Shown one piece after another: positions 51,581 to 64,000 of a stretch of DNA of 64,000 nt. Each line of letters begins with the position of its first letter. Positions within the stretch are counted from its first letter, which is position 1. The notes under the pieces were generated by a model that saw nothing but the letters and a program-made list of their open reading frames with translations, was not told the DNA's origin and ran no database searches. The position numbers were made by a program, and so were the translations under genes. This DNA is from Callorhinchus milii. Its lineage: Eukaryota. The stretch lies in the NCBI RefSeq assembly GCF_018977255.1, contig NW_024704743.1, forward strand, positions 62,188,001-62,252,000. Reading direction: 5' to 3'.

Positions 51581-54500
51581 TGATTTGTAAAAGGATTACA
51601 CCAATCTCTCTGTGAAACCAGATTCCATGAAAGTGCAATTGGTGCCCGGCAGGAGATCAGTGTGATTTGGTATCTGTGTTAGCCTCAGACCCACCTGGGC
51701 AGCTGGAGGAGCCACCACTTGCTAAAACATTTGTGAATCTCGTAAACTCACACCCCGCAGTAAACACTGCGATGGAGCAATACAAACGCCAATAAAGCCG
51801 CATTATCCCAGTACCTCACCACTCGAGTGTCACCCTAGATTATGAGCTCAATTCCTGATGTGGGATGTGATCCCACCACTTGACTCAAAAGCGAAAGAAC
51901 TGAACGAATAGTGGGGAAGGCCAGCTTCCAGAACATAAAGAAATCAGGAAGTGTGGCCAATGGGATCTTCCAAAAATGTATGAAAGTAGAACATTAGCAG
52001 TATTGTACAGTGCAGATTAGACATGTAATGCTCATTGGGGAAAGTTTAAGTTGTAAATGATATGTGTAAAAATATGCATTGATTGAGACTGCTAGCACTA
52101 ATGGAACAAACAAGGTAATGGAGGTGAAAGCAGCAGGGACATGCAAATTACCAATCAAAATGATATGTTGTGCAAGTGAATGTGCTACATAATCTCTTTT
52201 TCTACGGGCTGAATCACCAAGTTCACCCACTGCTAGATCTTCTAAATCAAACCCTCAGCACAGCAGAGTAGTGTAGAGAGTAACAGCTGGTGGTTACCAG
52301 ACTATAAAGAACCGATGCCATACAATACAAGGAAGGAATGGTGGATTTGCTTAAGAGGCTGTGAGCTCACAGTCCCTTCAATATAGTCTTCCCGATGTTT
52401 TGATGCAAAACATACCTTAGAAAAACAAGGTTTTTGATGCTGATAGAGGATCATCCTTATGATGTTGATTAATGACTACATTTACTTTATCTGCACTAAT
52501 GCCATCATAAATATGCCTTAAAAGATAAATTGGGGAATGTCTTCAATAATTAAACAGCTAATATGTGCAATATGCTCTTTCGCAAGTAACATTAGTTAAA
52601 GGTAATGCACAATAGTTACCTTTTTGAATGCATGCAGGAAATTAGGATTGTAGCATAATTAATGTCAGAAATTATTATTAATGTATGTCTAGAAATTACT
52701 TAGAACAGGCATTCCACAGCCAGCGAAACAAAATCTGTCTTGTACTAAAACAGAAATTAAAAGAACAGCAGATAATTACTCTGATCAATAATGTAAAAGG
52801 CACTGTAATTCGAATGATTAGAGATGGAATACTAGAGACTTTTCCTTCATTGTGTGCATATATACTGTCTTACAGAAGTACTAAATATATAATGACATTG
52901 CATGAATATTACAGGAAATTTACAATGCTATTATTCTGTGACACATAACTCATACCTCTCTGTCTGACAATTCAGACCCCATGGACACAGACTAATTGAA
53001 TCAGATTAGCGTTCAGGTAGAAGGTTTGATATTTGCAAACCCTCACTGTGTTAATAATGGCTTCCAGTTGACAAATTAAAATCTGGAATTTTCCTATGAA
53101 ATTCATCAACAGATTGGGAAATATAATGATCCCAAAGAATGGAGAGGGCCATTTTCGACTTTTGTTGGATATTTTGGGTACTTTATCATCTGAGGAGGAT
53201 CCTGCGAGCAAGTAGAATAGCAACTAAGTTTCAGTTTGTATTCTCGGCTTCAGTATAACATTTGTGTTTGGGGAGCTAACATGTAACCGTATAATGCTAT
53301 GGATTAGGATACTATTCTTTCACCTCAGGGATCGGAGTCTAACTCTAGACCAGACTGGTGGGATTAAATTATGTTCTCTATCTTCTTGTAATCACTACCT
53401 GAATTACTAGTGTACACTCGTAAACTTGAAACCTATTAGGTTTGGAACCAAGCTGCCACAGGGGCTTCTGTGCTTAAAACATAAACAAAATGCATAGTCA
53501 CACTTAACCCTAAATCTTGTGAAGCATTTTGAGGTGTTCTTCTGATGTAAAAGGCACTATATCAAATGTAAGTATTATTATTTACCATTATGAGACAGGT
53601 CCTTTTTTGCTTAACATTATTCTTGTTGAGGTTTGTACATTTCCTGTTGTCAGGTAACTTATTACCTTACCAGCACATTAACTAACCAGACTGATGAAAC
53701 TGAATTGCTGGTAAAGCTCAGTATTAAAATTTGAGGGACTGCATTCAACTTGAGTTGTTCTTGCCCTGAACAATGACATCTGTGCAAGGACTTTTTCTTG
53801 GAACGGAATTCTTTAACGTTATGCTTGTTTTTAAGTTGGCAGTCTTCTGTTGGTTATAAAACAGGTCCAATGTATCTAGAGAGCCTCGAGCATTTAAAGA
53901 CAGGTTGTAACAATTCTATTCACTTATTAAAGTAATCCCTTAGTATTTTATGGCTAGCTGTTAACCATATTTTAGACTGAGTAAGAAATCATTCTCCTAG
54001 CATATGTGGTGAGATTGATCTTGGGAAAGAAATGGGTTACTGAATACAAGTAGTGTATGCCTTTACCTCAATCCAGCAATGTTTATTTGCTGTTTGTGCA
54101 TCTACTCAGTGCCAATGAAACAAGCTGAGAGCAATACACTTACGGGTCTACTTTGTGATATTTGCAAAGCAGATTCGATAGACTTAAAATTGGCTAGGGT
54201 AAAGGCAAACTGGATGGACCTTGGCCTTCTATCATCTAGCAATTCTTATGTTCTTATGTTCTTAAATTTGTCATTAGATACAATCTGCAAAGTCACTATT
54301 AGCTGAATTGCACTTAGAAACAGTGTGAATCAAACAATCCTTTGGGGACTCAATACCAGCAGTAATTTAGATGATTTTGAATGCATGTAAACAGGTTACA
54401 AGTAAATTGCCTATTCACTTCATGGCTGTGTGTGGAACATTGCAGTGTGCAAATTGGCTGCCATGTTTGCCCACAGATAAACAGTCACTACATCGCAATT

Positions 54501-55975
54501 CTCCATAAGGTGTTTTGAGACGCTTTGATATTATAAGCGCTACATCAAATGCAAGAAATATTTTTAGTTATAATCAAATACACCTCTATCACATCAGCAA
54601 TCACATTTTTTCTCTTAACCACTAAGCTCTCCCACCCATCATACGAGCTACTGTATCTCACACTACACAACCTGAGCCTAATTGGCAATATTGGCACAAA
54701 GGCTAATTGCCTTTGGTGAATAGCTGCAAAGTGAAAAGAAAAACAGCCAGAGAGCAAATGCTGGCTTTTGGAAATGTTGAGAAGCTGCTTGCAGCTATTG
54801 TAAATTAAAATAAGCTTTTGATGTTCGCAAACCAGAAAACACAATTAGCACATCAATTTAATTTGTAAATATCACAAATTAGGTGCTACAAGCAGTTTCT
54901 GATGTCAGTTCTCTCTATTGTTTTATTCACCTTCCCCCACAGCCCTCTCTCCAAGGTATGAGTTAAATTGTAACTCTCTATTCAAGTCTTATCCTGCATG
55001 GCTCATTCTTTCTTTAAGGACCTTGACCTTGGAATCAAGCTACTTATTAGATGAGCAGTTTTGTTCTTTGGAACAGATACCGTAGGGTCTGAATGTACAA
55101 AATGAGCCGAGAATTTTACAAGCCTCAACAAGAGTATGTTTAACACAGAGGATCTGACTATGTTTTTATGACCCTGTGTCTCAGGTGACACTACAAAACC
55201 AGCTACAAAACTAGCAAGGTTTCCGCTTTGATAGTAATGCTCTGTTGCTAGAGAGTGGAGTTGAAATTAGGTTTCTGCTGACAACCAGGCAGTCTAACTC
55301 TTTATTGCATTTCTTAATACAAGTTTTGTGCTGGAGGGATGTGAGGCTGTTGAGGGCTTCTGCTCTCCCTGGCTGTTTCAATTCTTCCAAACTCAGTTGT
55401 AGGCACAACTATGAAAGAGTAATAAATTCGCACAGGCTTTTACTGGGTAAAGATTTAACAGCAGTGCTGCGTAAGTGGCAGCAAGTATAGAAAAAGCACT
55501 AAGTCCATCTTACACTCCTGTGTTCTGGCACGTTAATATTGCATTAGCGCTCACAAATTCCACAATGCTATTTCCCTGTTCTGTGTCTATCCTTGCAACG
55601 TTGACACTGTACCCTCAGGCTGTGAGCAGACTGACAGCTTGTACAGAAGTCTGCAGTGTTAATGTCAAGTTAACAAACTGTTATTAGAACTCTGCTAGTC
55701 CTAAATGAAAATTGTTGTTGTTGTATCCAGCTCAGGTAGATGTACCAAAGGGTGTGTATATCAGCGCGGACTGTTGGGCCAAATGGTCTGATTCTGTGCT
55801 ATACGATCCGTGTCCATGTAAATCACTAGATAAAGCCTGTTACAACCTGCATCAAATATTCCCTTGTCACAGCTTTCCCAGCTGTGAAATTTTGCTCATG
55901 TTCCTGTTTTGGCTTTTACCAAACTTAATAAAAGCGAATGTGATGAATACTAGGGAACTAATGGTATTTGGAATG

Positions 55976-56340
55976 GAGTCCTGTAGCTTAGTGGTTAGAG
56001 CATTCGCTTTGCAAGTGAGAGGACTTGGGTTTGATTCCCGGCAAGGCAAAACATTGGGCAAGCTTCCTTACTCCTCATGGCTCTGTTCACTCAGCAGTAA
56101 GTATGAACCTGGTTGTTAACCGATTGGCAGATCACTTTTCCGGAGAAAAAAATAATAAGAAGAATTTGGTCGCTTAATCCACAACTGTTTGTGGGACACT
56201 GCTGTGTGCAATTGGCTGCCATGTTTCGCCCACAAAACATACAGTCAACTCTCTGTTCAGTATATTCTGTGAAGCACTTTGAGACATCTCGAAGATGTGA
56301 TAAGGCGGGATATAAAATGCAAGGATTATTGTTATTATTA
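55976..56340 (+). mobile_element. tRNA-Ala-derived SINE, full length
   Basis: GAGTCCTGTAGCTTAGTGGTTAGAGCATTCGCTTTGCAAGTGAG head; same body and tail as the 31702 copy plus ~50 bp more core. Confidence 0.9.
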
Positions 56341-57081
56341 TTTGGGATTATGGAGAAAATACAGGGAAGTGGTATTAAGAGATCTGCCAGAAGAGGTCAC
56401 TACTTGGAATTCACTGCCTTATATTATGATGTGCATCTCCCCCCAAAATATATGCTGCTTTTTACCAGAATCTTTAAAGGGTCATTTTCACCTGGACTGG
56501 GAATTATTCTTATTGAGAGAGAAGCAGGCCACTTTAAGAGCTGTGCTGCACATGTTGTCCATTGCAGCAAGGTCACGCAGCAGTAAAGAAAGAGTTTGTG
56601 CAATCTTTACCACTGTTAGTTTTGCCTTTATCTCAGTTTTGTAAATGTTAAGATAAAAATAACAAATTAGCATTGGCAGACATGAGCACTGATGGGATGA
56701 TCTAATCACACTCTGTTCAGTTTATAAACATGGGAAAAAGTCTCCTGGGATAATTTCCTGAGATAAATAAATCTCCTAAATAAACTTAAAGGTGCCATTT
56801 GTTTTTCAATTGTGAGAGATATTAACTTATCTCATTATAGCTGATTCTCATTCTCTGTTCTCTGCAGTCCTCTTAAATGTTCGCCAAGTCAGTAGTACAG
56901 ACAGAATGATAAGCTACATGGTGTTCTCATTCACAGCCTGATGGGAAACATTATCCCCAATAGGTCTTGTGTGGATCAGCAGCCTGACCTAACCTCACTG
57001 CCCTGATTGTGCTGTACGTATTTTGCACTGACCCTACAGATCTATCTGGAGCAAGTGTCAGAGCATGTAGACATAGACAGT

Positions 57082-57780
57082 TGTCAGCGTGGCTCAGTTG
57101 GTAGCCCCTCACCTCTGAGTCAGAAGGCAGTGGGTTCAAGCGCCATGTCAGGACTTTGAGCTGACAGCCTCGGCTGGCACAATGCAGTGTGATCTCACAG
57201 TCTACGCTAATGCAGTTTAATGCTCGGGAAGTGCTGCATTATTGGAGGTGTTGTCCTTTGGATGAGACGTTAATTTCTGCTTGTCGGCCTTCCCAACTCT
57301 TCCCTCCACAAGCTGAGGATCATCCAGAACTCTGCAGCTCGTGTTCTCCCGCCCCAGGCTCCGTGACCCCATCATCCCCACCTTCACCTGGCTCCACTGG
57401 CTCCCCATCCCTCAGAGGATAGAGTTCAAAATCCTCCTTCAAAGCCCTCCATGGCCTTGCTCCTTCCTAGATCTGTGCTAAGTCCATATCGCCCTGTCTG
57501 CTCCATCCGCTCAGCAGCTTCAGCTCCAGCCTGCTCCACATCCCCTGCCTGGTCCGCCCCACCATCGGCAGTTGGGCCTTAAGGCTCTCTGCCCCCAACC
57601 TTTAGAACTCCATCCCACAGTCCTTTCGCCTTGCTCCCTCCCTTGTCTCCTTCAAAGCACATCTCAAGCCCGTCCTCTTTGACTGCACCTTCGTTGACAT
57701 ATACAGTCACAACACTTTACAGGATATCCTGTGAAGCGCTTTGAGACATCCAACTGATGTGAAGGATTAATGTTTATAAT
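57082..57780 (+). mobile_element. Deu-SINE whose middle is replaced by an L2 fragment (57275-57690)
   Basis: SINE head to GATGAGACGTTAA, then L2 (IIQNSAAR..LHWLP), then SINE tail. Confidence 0.85.
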
Positions 57781-58774
57781 TATTAATTATTATAATTGTT
57801 TTTGTTGTAGACTTTAAAACAAGGGTACATATATCTGGAATGTCATGCAGAAACACAAGAACATAACCCATGAAAATCTGTATTAAATTGGGTAAAGTGT
57901 GTCAAACTAAAATCTCTGCATCAAGTTTTTACTGAGTTCATGATACGAACTCTGTCTCATTGAAGTGAACCTGATTTACCTTAAAGATTGAGGCTATATT
58001 TAAGAATTTGCCAAATTTTCAACACTTCGAGATGTTACGTAAAAAGAGTAAATCTAGATCCAGGTGGAATTTCTCCCCTATAGACATAGTACAGATGACA
58101 TTCAAAAAGAGTGCCTGCAATTTCATTGTCATTCCTGTCACCCACACAACATCTGACTGTGATCTGTGACTGAAAAATGTATGAAAGAGCTGCCATCTCT
58201 ATTTATTTATATATAGAAATCTGTTTCCATAGGATGTGAGACAGATAACTAGCATGGATCTGTGGAGAATAAATGAGACAGTCATTCTCAGTTTGCATGT
58301 ATTAAGAGACCAGCATACTAAATTTAACAATGTTTAGATAGGCTCAGCTATGCTGACTACAGATTTCAGAAACTTCCAACAAATCTCTTTGAACCATTAT
58401 GAACAACAGTGAAATAATGTCACTCTGCGTGTTAAAGTTATCCAAATCTGTAAATATATTGCGGTTTATTTGACTTTAAATTCAGGATCTATACAGTGCT
58501 GTATCAAGGGGCTGATGTATTGTTCTACAGATGAGATGCTAAGCCAATGTCTTGTAGTCCTGCTCTGGTGGTTTGATGGGACCTGACAAAGTTAAGAACA
58601 GACCTAATAGAGATCTTAAAACTTCTGAACAGGTTTGAGAGGATAGTGAAAGATTATTCCCACAGTTTGATCAATCAGCATAGCAAAGAGGGGAAACCTC
58701 AAATTTGTCATTGCAAGAGTTAAGAATAATGTTCACAAAAAATGTTTTCACACAGAGGTTATTAGAACACCAGA

Positions 58775-58955
58775 CTAACAAATTATATGTGTATAGCATT
58801 GTTCACGTCGGGAGGATGTCCCAAGGCACTGGACAGTCAAGCATTTGGACCGAGGTAGGGGTCGGGGATCTGGAAGAGTAGCAGCAGGGAGGGTAGGAGT
58901 AGGAGGGTGACTGAAAGTGTGGTCAAAGAGAAGGTTCTTGAGATGGGCCTTGAAG
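58775..58955 (-). mobile_element. L2 3' end
   Basis: FKAHLKNLLFDHTF and tail motif. A CR1 fragment (+) lies adjacent at 58580-58770. Confidence 0.85.
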
Positions 58956-59329
58956 TACACAATACAATGTACATTTATATAACGGCTTTTAACTAGGGAA
59001 GATGCAATATTTAAGAGGGAATAGATAAATTCCTGATGAGGAACAATATAAAAAATCACTAAGATTGCTCATTCATCTCATTGTTCATTGTGTAATGTTG
59101 TTGGTATGTATTAGCCACAATTACCTGAAGGACAGTCACTACACTTCAAAGTAAACATAGAGATTTGACCTAACAGTCTAGGATGTGCACTTGAGACATT
59201 TAACTGAGGGTCTGTCTGCCTGTTCAAGTGGATGGTAAAGATCCCATGGCACTACTTGAAAAGAGAAGGGAGTTTCTCCAAGTGGCCCGACTAACAATCC
59301 CCCAAATTAATTACATAACTGACTTTGAA

Positions 59330-60080
59330 CCTGAGCCAGAGTGAGGACAGTAGCTGGGGGGAGAAGTGGATGGCAAAGTCAAAACAATAGGTTTTGAGGC
59401 GGGTTTTAATGCTGGGGAGTTGGTGGGGCGGGGGGAGGGAAGAGGCGAGGTAGAGAGTTGCTAGGATGGAGTTCCAGAGATTGTGTGGTAGAATGACTGA
59501 AAGCCATCCATGAAGCAGGCCATTGTACTAGGTAGGGTGGGATGAGGCTGCGGAGGGGCTTGAATGTTAGGATGAAGATCTTAAATTGATCCGCTGGGGG
59601 ATGGGGAGTTGGAAACCAGCAAGGATGAGGCTAATAGTCTGGTGCAGAAGAGGACACTGGCTGCAGATTGTGGGTGGTATGCAATTTGTTTAGGGAGCAG
59701 CTGGGGAGTCCAGTGAGCAGCCCATTGGAATAATCAAGTCTGTTAGTGGTGGAGGTGAGGTTGAGCATCTCAGCCCTCCTGGAGTGAGAGTTAATGGCAG
59801 AGTCAAACAGTGATGCAGAGATCAGGGAAAGCCGAGCGAGTGAGAGCCTGGATGAGGGGTTTGAAGGATGATTGTTAGTTAAACAAGACACTGAGATTCT
59901 ATACTGTTCCATGAACATCTGTGCAGGTCATTGAGGTCAGTGCCTGAGGTGAGAACTAGCTGACAGGAGCCAAGCAGGAGAGCATCAGTCTTGTTAACAT
60001 TTAACTGTAGAATGTTGGGACTCATCCAGGACTTGACGTCTGACAGGCAATCGGGCAGAACAGCAGTGGTCCTGGATTCA
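59330..60080 (-). mobile_element. Old L2 fragment
   Basis: Minus strand DVKSWMSPNILQLNVNKT and RLDYSNGLL motifs. Confidence 0.85.
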
Positions 60081-60417
60081 AGAGTTCAAGTATAACAGCG
60101 GTCGGATATTCAGTAAAGCTCACTCTACCCTGATTAGGATTCTTGTCACTCATCTCCTGTCATCCCTGCAAACCAAAGCCCAAACACGTAAAGTGGTTCT
60201 ACAGGGATAAGAGCCGGAAGGTTGCCAGGCAGTGTTGGTAATGGCAAGATTTAGCTGTTTAACAGGAGCTGAGTGAGATGACTCCCAGATAAGAGTAGAA
60301 TGAGCTTCACCCAATAACTGCCCATATTATACTTGAATTGGGAGCACTGATACTGACACTCGATATCAAATGCAGAGTTATGTCATCTCCACTATCACAA
60401 GATCACAAGATTGATAA

Positions 60418-60815
60418 TCATAATAATGCTTCCATTTGATAAAATGCCTTATCATGTCATTGGGACGTCTCAAAGCGTTCACAGCATATACGGTATTGTG
60501 GATTGACTGTGGATTTTGTGGATGAAGGCGCAGCCAATTTACACATAGCAATATCCCATAAACAGCCATGGGGTGAGTGTCCAATTTTATTTGAAAGATT
60601 GTTGGTCAGTATACTGGGAGAAACTCCTTTCTCTTTTAGAATAGTGCCATGAGATCTTTAATGTCTACTTGAACAGGCAGATGGGACCTTGGTTTAATGT
60701 CTCATCTGAAGGATGGCATCGCTGACAATGCAACAAACCCCAGCACTGCATTGGTGTGTCAGTTTAGATGATGTGATTCCAAGGCCCGACATGGGTCTTG
60801 AATCTACAATCTTCT
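60418..60815 (-). mobile_element. Deu-domain SINE
   Basis: Core and tail on the minus strand. Confidence 0.85.
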
Positions 60816-60844
60816 GAAACACAGTCTGATCTGGATTTAAAAAA

Positions 60845-61140
60845 AGGGCCTTCAGCCTCATCCCTCCAGAATACTCGCCCTACCTTCCCATTGTTGCTGT
60901 ATCAAGCTGTTTTCTAAATGAGTCCAGTGTCATGGCATCTACCTCCCTTCCTGGCAACCTGTTCCAGTCATTGATTACCCTCTGCATAAAGAAAAACTTA
61001 CACATATTTAAGTATGGCAATTGCTCATCAAGGAAAGAGAAGTTTACATGTATGACAAGGGGACGTAATCTCAATTTAAGAAAAGGTAGATGAAAAGACA
61101 TTTCAAATGTAATTGCTTTCCTCAGAGTGTGGTGAATATG
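60845..61140. mobile_element. Two CR1 3' fragments back to back
   Basis: Minus strand FFMQRVINDWNRLP (60845-61005); plus strand TRG..QSVVN (61005-61140). Confidence 0.7.
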
Positions 61141-61279
61141 GGGAGGAGACCACCCAGGAGGTGGTGGAGGCGTGTTAAGACACAGAAGAAGGCCCATTCT
61201 GTCAACAATTTCAAGTAAGAATTAACATTGTTTTATTTACTTCAAGTTCGGCTATTTTTTAAAACTCCATGGTCTACAC

Positions 61280-61403
61280 AAGGGATGGCCAACTTGCAGC
61301 CCATGCGCCACATACTGACATCATTACACATGCCCAAATTTGTCACGCAAGCCACACACACATGTGTAAAATAGTCACGCAGGCTGCAAGTTGCCTATCC
61401 CTA
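61280..61403. mobile_element. hAT MITE, 124 bp
   Basis: Imperfect TIRs AGGGATGGCCAACTTGCAGCC and GGCTGCAAGTTGCCTATCCCT; 8-bp TSD GTCTACAC (61272-61279, 61404-61411). Confidence 0.85.
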
Positions 61404-62270
61404 GTCTACACCATGAGCTTGAAATCCTGACATGGGCGTTGGATCCACACCTCGTGACTGAGTTCGGGGGTGCTATTAGCTGAGCCAGGCTAACTCCTAC
61501 CTGCTGGTAGTATGGGTGCTGTTGGTGACACTCTAAAATCAGATCACAGGCACAGAATATCAGAATGTCAAGATGAAACCTCACATGACACCCTATAACC
61601 ACCTGCAGAGCTAATTCTTCATCTTCATAAGCTACAGGGGCTGTTTCAGATGATCACTGCAAAGGGGGTCAGGTTTATCCTTGGACACAATAAGAATAGG
61701 ACACACAATAATCAATTATTGGTTAATTTCTATTCATCATGTACAATTTAATAAACTCTCTTATATTTTTGTATCTGTAGATATAATAGTTTCCCTTAAC
61801 TACCGTCCAGATCCCTGACTATCCAGCCTTGGGACATCAACCCAACGTGAAAGGCACTATACAAATGTAATTTGTTGTTGTTGTTGTTAACTACTTTTTG
61901 ACTTCTCAGTAATGAGATAAATGAACTTGCCGGTTAGCTATTAACACTATCAGGTGAATGATTAGTCACGCTGTGTGCATAACACTATAAGAGAGCTGTG
62001 TGCAATAAAACACAGATTCAAGTTATCGGCACATTTATAAACTCTTGGAGCAGGAATGGGTAATTTGCTGGTGCAGTGATATACCTTGACAGAAAAGGAA
62101 TAGTGGTTGGATCAGCACCCTACTGAGGTCTGACATTGCTGCCCACTTTGAGTCAGTATCTACACTTGACTTCTGAGCCAATTCCAAAAGTTGCTCTCTG
62201 TAAAAACAATCATTTGTCAAAATCAATGACTAGGGCACAATTTACAGACTGTGAGTTCTGCTTTCTCAGC

Positions 62271-62368
62271 TGTTAGATCTCTGATATATACTTCTGTACT
62301 TGTTGTTAGATCTCTGATATATACTTCTGTACTTGTTAGATCTCTGATATATAGTTCTGTACTTGTTA
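62271..62368. repeat. Tandem repeat, 30-bp unit x3
   Basis: TGTTAGATCTCTGATATATACTTCTGTACT at 62271, 62304 and 62334 (one substitution). Confidence 0.95.
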
Positions 62369-62809
62369 TGATTGTAGAATTTTAAGTACAGTAATATTGC
62401 AAATGGAGATATCATTTAACTCATTCCATTGAGTAGAAAACATCTACATGATTGTTATGTGCACTGTAGCCTAGCTGCCTCAGTTGTTGGAAACTATTAC
62501 AAATGAATGATTTGTTTAATAGAAATAAATAATGACATTCTGAACACTATAATACAAAAACTGAATTCCATATGAATGAGTCATCAAAGTGTTTGTATAA
62601 TCTCAGAGGTAATTTCTATTTACTCATTCAAAGTAATTATTATTCTGATATGCAATGTGAGAAAGCTTATTTTCCGATGACAAACCTTTGTATCCTTGAT
62701 AAGACAGCAGGACAGACACATCTGATCTTCCCTGATGCCTATAAGCAAACACATAAAGATTCCTGTTCAATTATTCCCTTCTATTTAAAGCTCCGATCTG
62801 CCAACAAAC

Positions 62810-63000
62810 ATTAACAGCATTTAAAAGGAAATTGGATAAATTCTTGAGGGAAAAATATATTGAGGAGTCTGGAAAAAGAGCAGGGAAAAAGGATTAAAAC
62901 AGATCATTTGAGTGGGAGAGGGGGAGGGGGACTAGCAACAGCAGACACGTTGGGCCAAATTGCCTCCTTTTGTGCTATAAACATCTGTGATTCTATGATT
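62810..63000 (+). mobile_element. CR1 3'UTR
   Basis: TTTAAAAGGAAATTGGATAAATTCTTG..TTGGGCCAAATTGCCTCC..TTCTATGATT. Confidence 0.8.
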
Positions 63001-63709
63001 TCAAATACATGTTTTATTTTCCAATTTAATGTGAAAATATATTCACTGAATATCACACTTAAACGTTATAATTCTGCGATTTTTTAAATTCCTATCTTGT
63101 GGAGATCATTTCTTTTTCTCAGCTGAGTGTCTGACATGTGGAAACCCATCACCATATTTCAGAGTATCCAAACCAAACTGAGAATTCAATGCATCCCTGC
63201 AATGCAAGGAAATCCCCGAGATAGATTGTGGAATGGAATGCGCACTCTCTCCGTGGAGAGACACATCCTGCTTACCTAATTCTGGAAAGTTTTAGGAGCA
63301 GGTTGGCAAGAAACAAGGCTAAATTATGCATTGGGGTACTGCTGGATTCTGACCAGCAAAACCGCATAGCTTGCCATTGATATCACGTCTGGCAAGATTT
63401 TCTGCTGCTTTTGCAGCTAGGACTACCCTACCCGTTAGGGCTTTGGCTTGAAGGATTAACGGGAGTTGAGTGCAGATCAAACTCTGCAAGCATGTTTATG
63501 CATTTGGATATACCTAGTCTCCTTTCTTCCAATGCCAGACTATGTGATTCACTGGGATTAGGTGGGAGAATAGAGTTCACTGTAATTTGTGTCCAAACTT
63601 AAATTGCCGCAGAATTTAGTATTGATGAGCACAACTGAAACATTTCTTCAGCTTTTGACTAGTTTGTGAGTTTTTCTTCTCCACTTTTTCTCTTTATTTT
63701 ATACACAAT

Positions 63710-63950
63710 AGTAATCCCTGCATTTGATATAATACCTTTTTGTGTTATTGAAATATCACTAAGTGCTTCACAGGATTTACTCTAAAGTGTAATGACTGTG
63801 TGTTTTGTGGAAAACACAGCAGCCATTTTTTGTACAGCAATGTACAAACAAACCACCATGGAGTGAATGATCAATTTTATCTAGGGAATTGTTGGCCGGG
63901 ACACTGAGAGAAACTCTTGTTTTTACAAATAATGCCAAGGCATCTTATGG
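63710..63950 (-). mobile_element. Deu-SINE 3' half
   Basis: Tail and part of the core on the minus strand. Confidence 0.75.
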
Positions 63951-64000
63951 ATATTAGCCTACAAAATACCCAGTCACTAACTACCCTTTACACTAAACCC

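Noticed and set aside
53300..53380. LF-SINE-like head relic
   Set aside because: Too degenerate to support by eye.
62271..62368. CRISPR-like 30-bp repeats
   Set aside because: No spacers and a eukaryotic context; it is a simple tandem triplication.

Overview
This is eukaryotic, AT-rich, gene-poor vertebrate DNA. The repeat content points to a cartilaginous fish, possibly a holocephalan such as Callorhinchus (inferred from repeats only). I found no confident protein-coding gene; the only protein-like ORFs in the track are LINE reverse transcriptase (RT) relics. The window is a dense mosaic of 5'-truncated L2 and CR1 LINEs, many Deu-domain tRNA-derived SINEs, two tRNA-Ala-headed SINEs, small DNA-transposon MITEs (hAT-, Tigger/pogo- and Harbinger-like) and a very decayed Penelope-like element. 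Highlights: (1) a 201-bp TSD-flanked fold-back element at 21780-21980 with an intact minimal hammerhead ribozyme core at its apex; (2) a Tigger-like element at 25943-26571 carrying an array of ZNF143-like motifs; (3) an unrecognised, apparently non-coding oligo(A)-ended repeat family with about 10 pieces; (4) nested antisense insertions at the same L2/SINE tail motif and recurrent fold-back duplications; (5) a weak terminal-exon candidate at 17246. Boundaries of decayed repeats are approximate and were read by eye.
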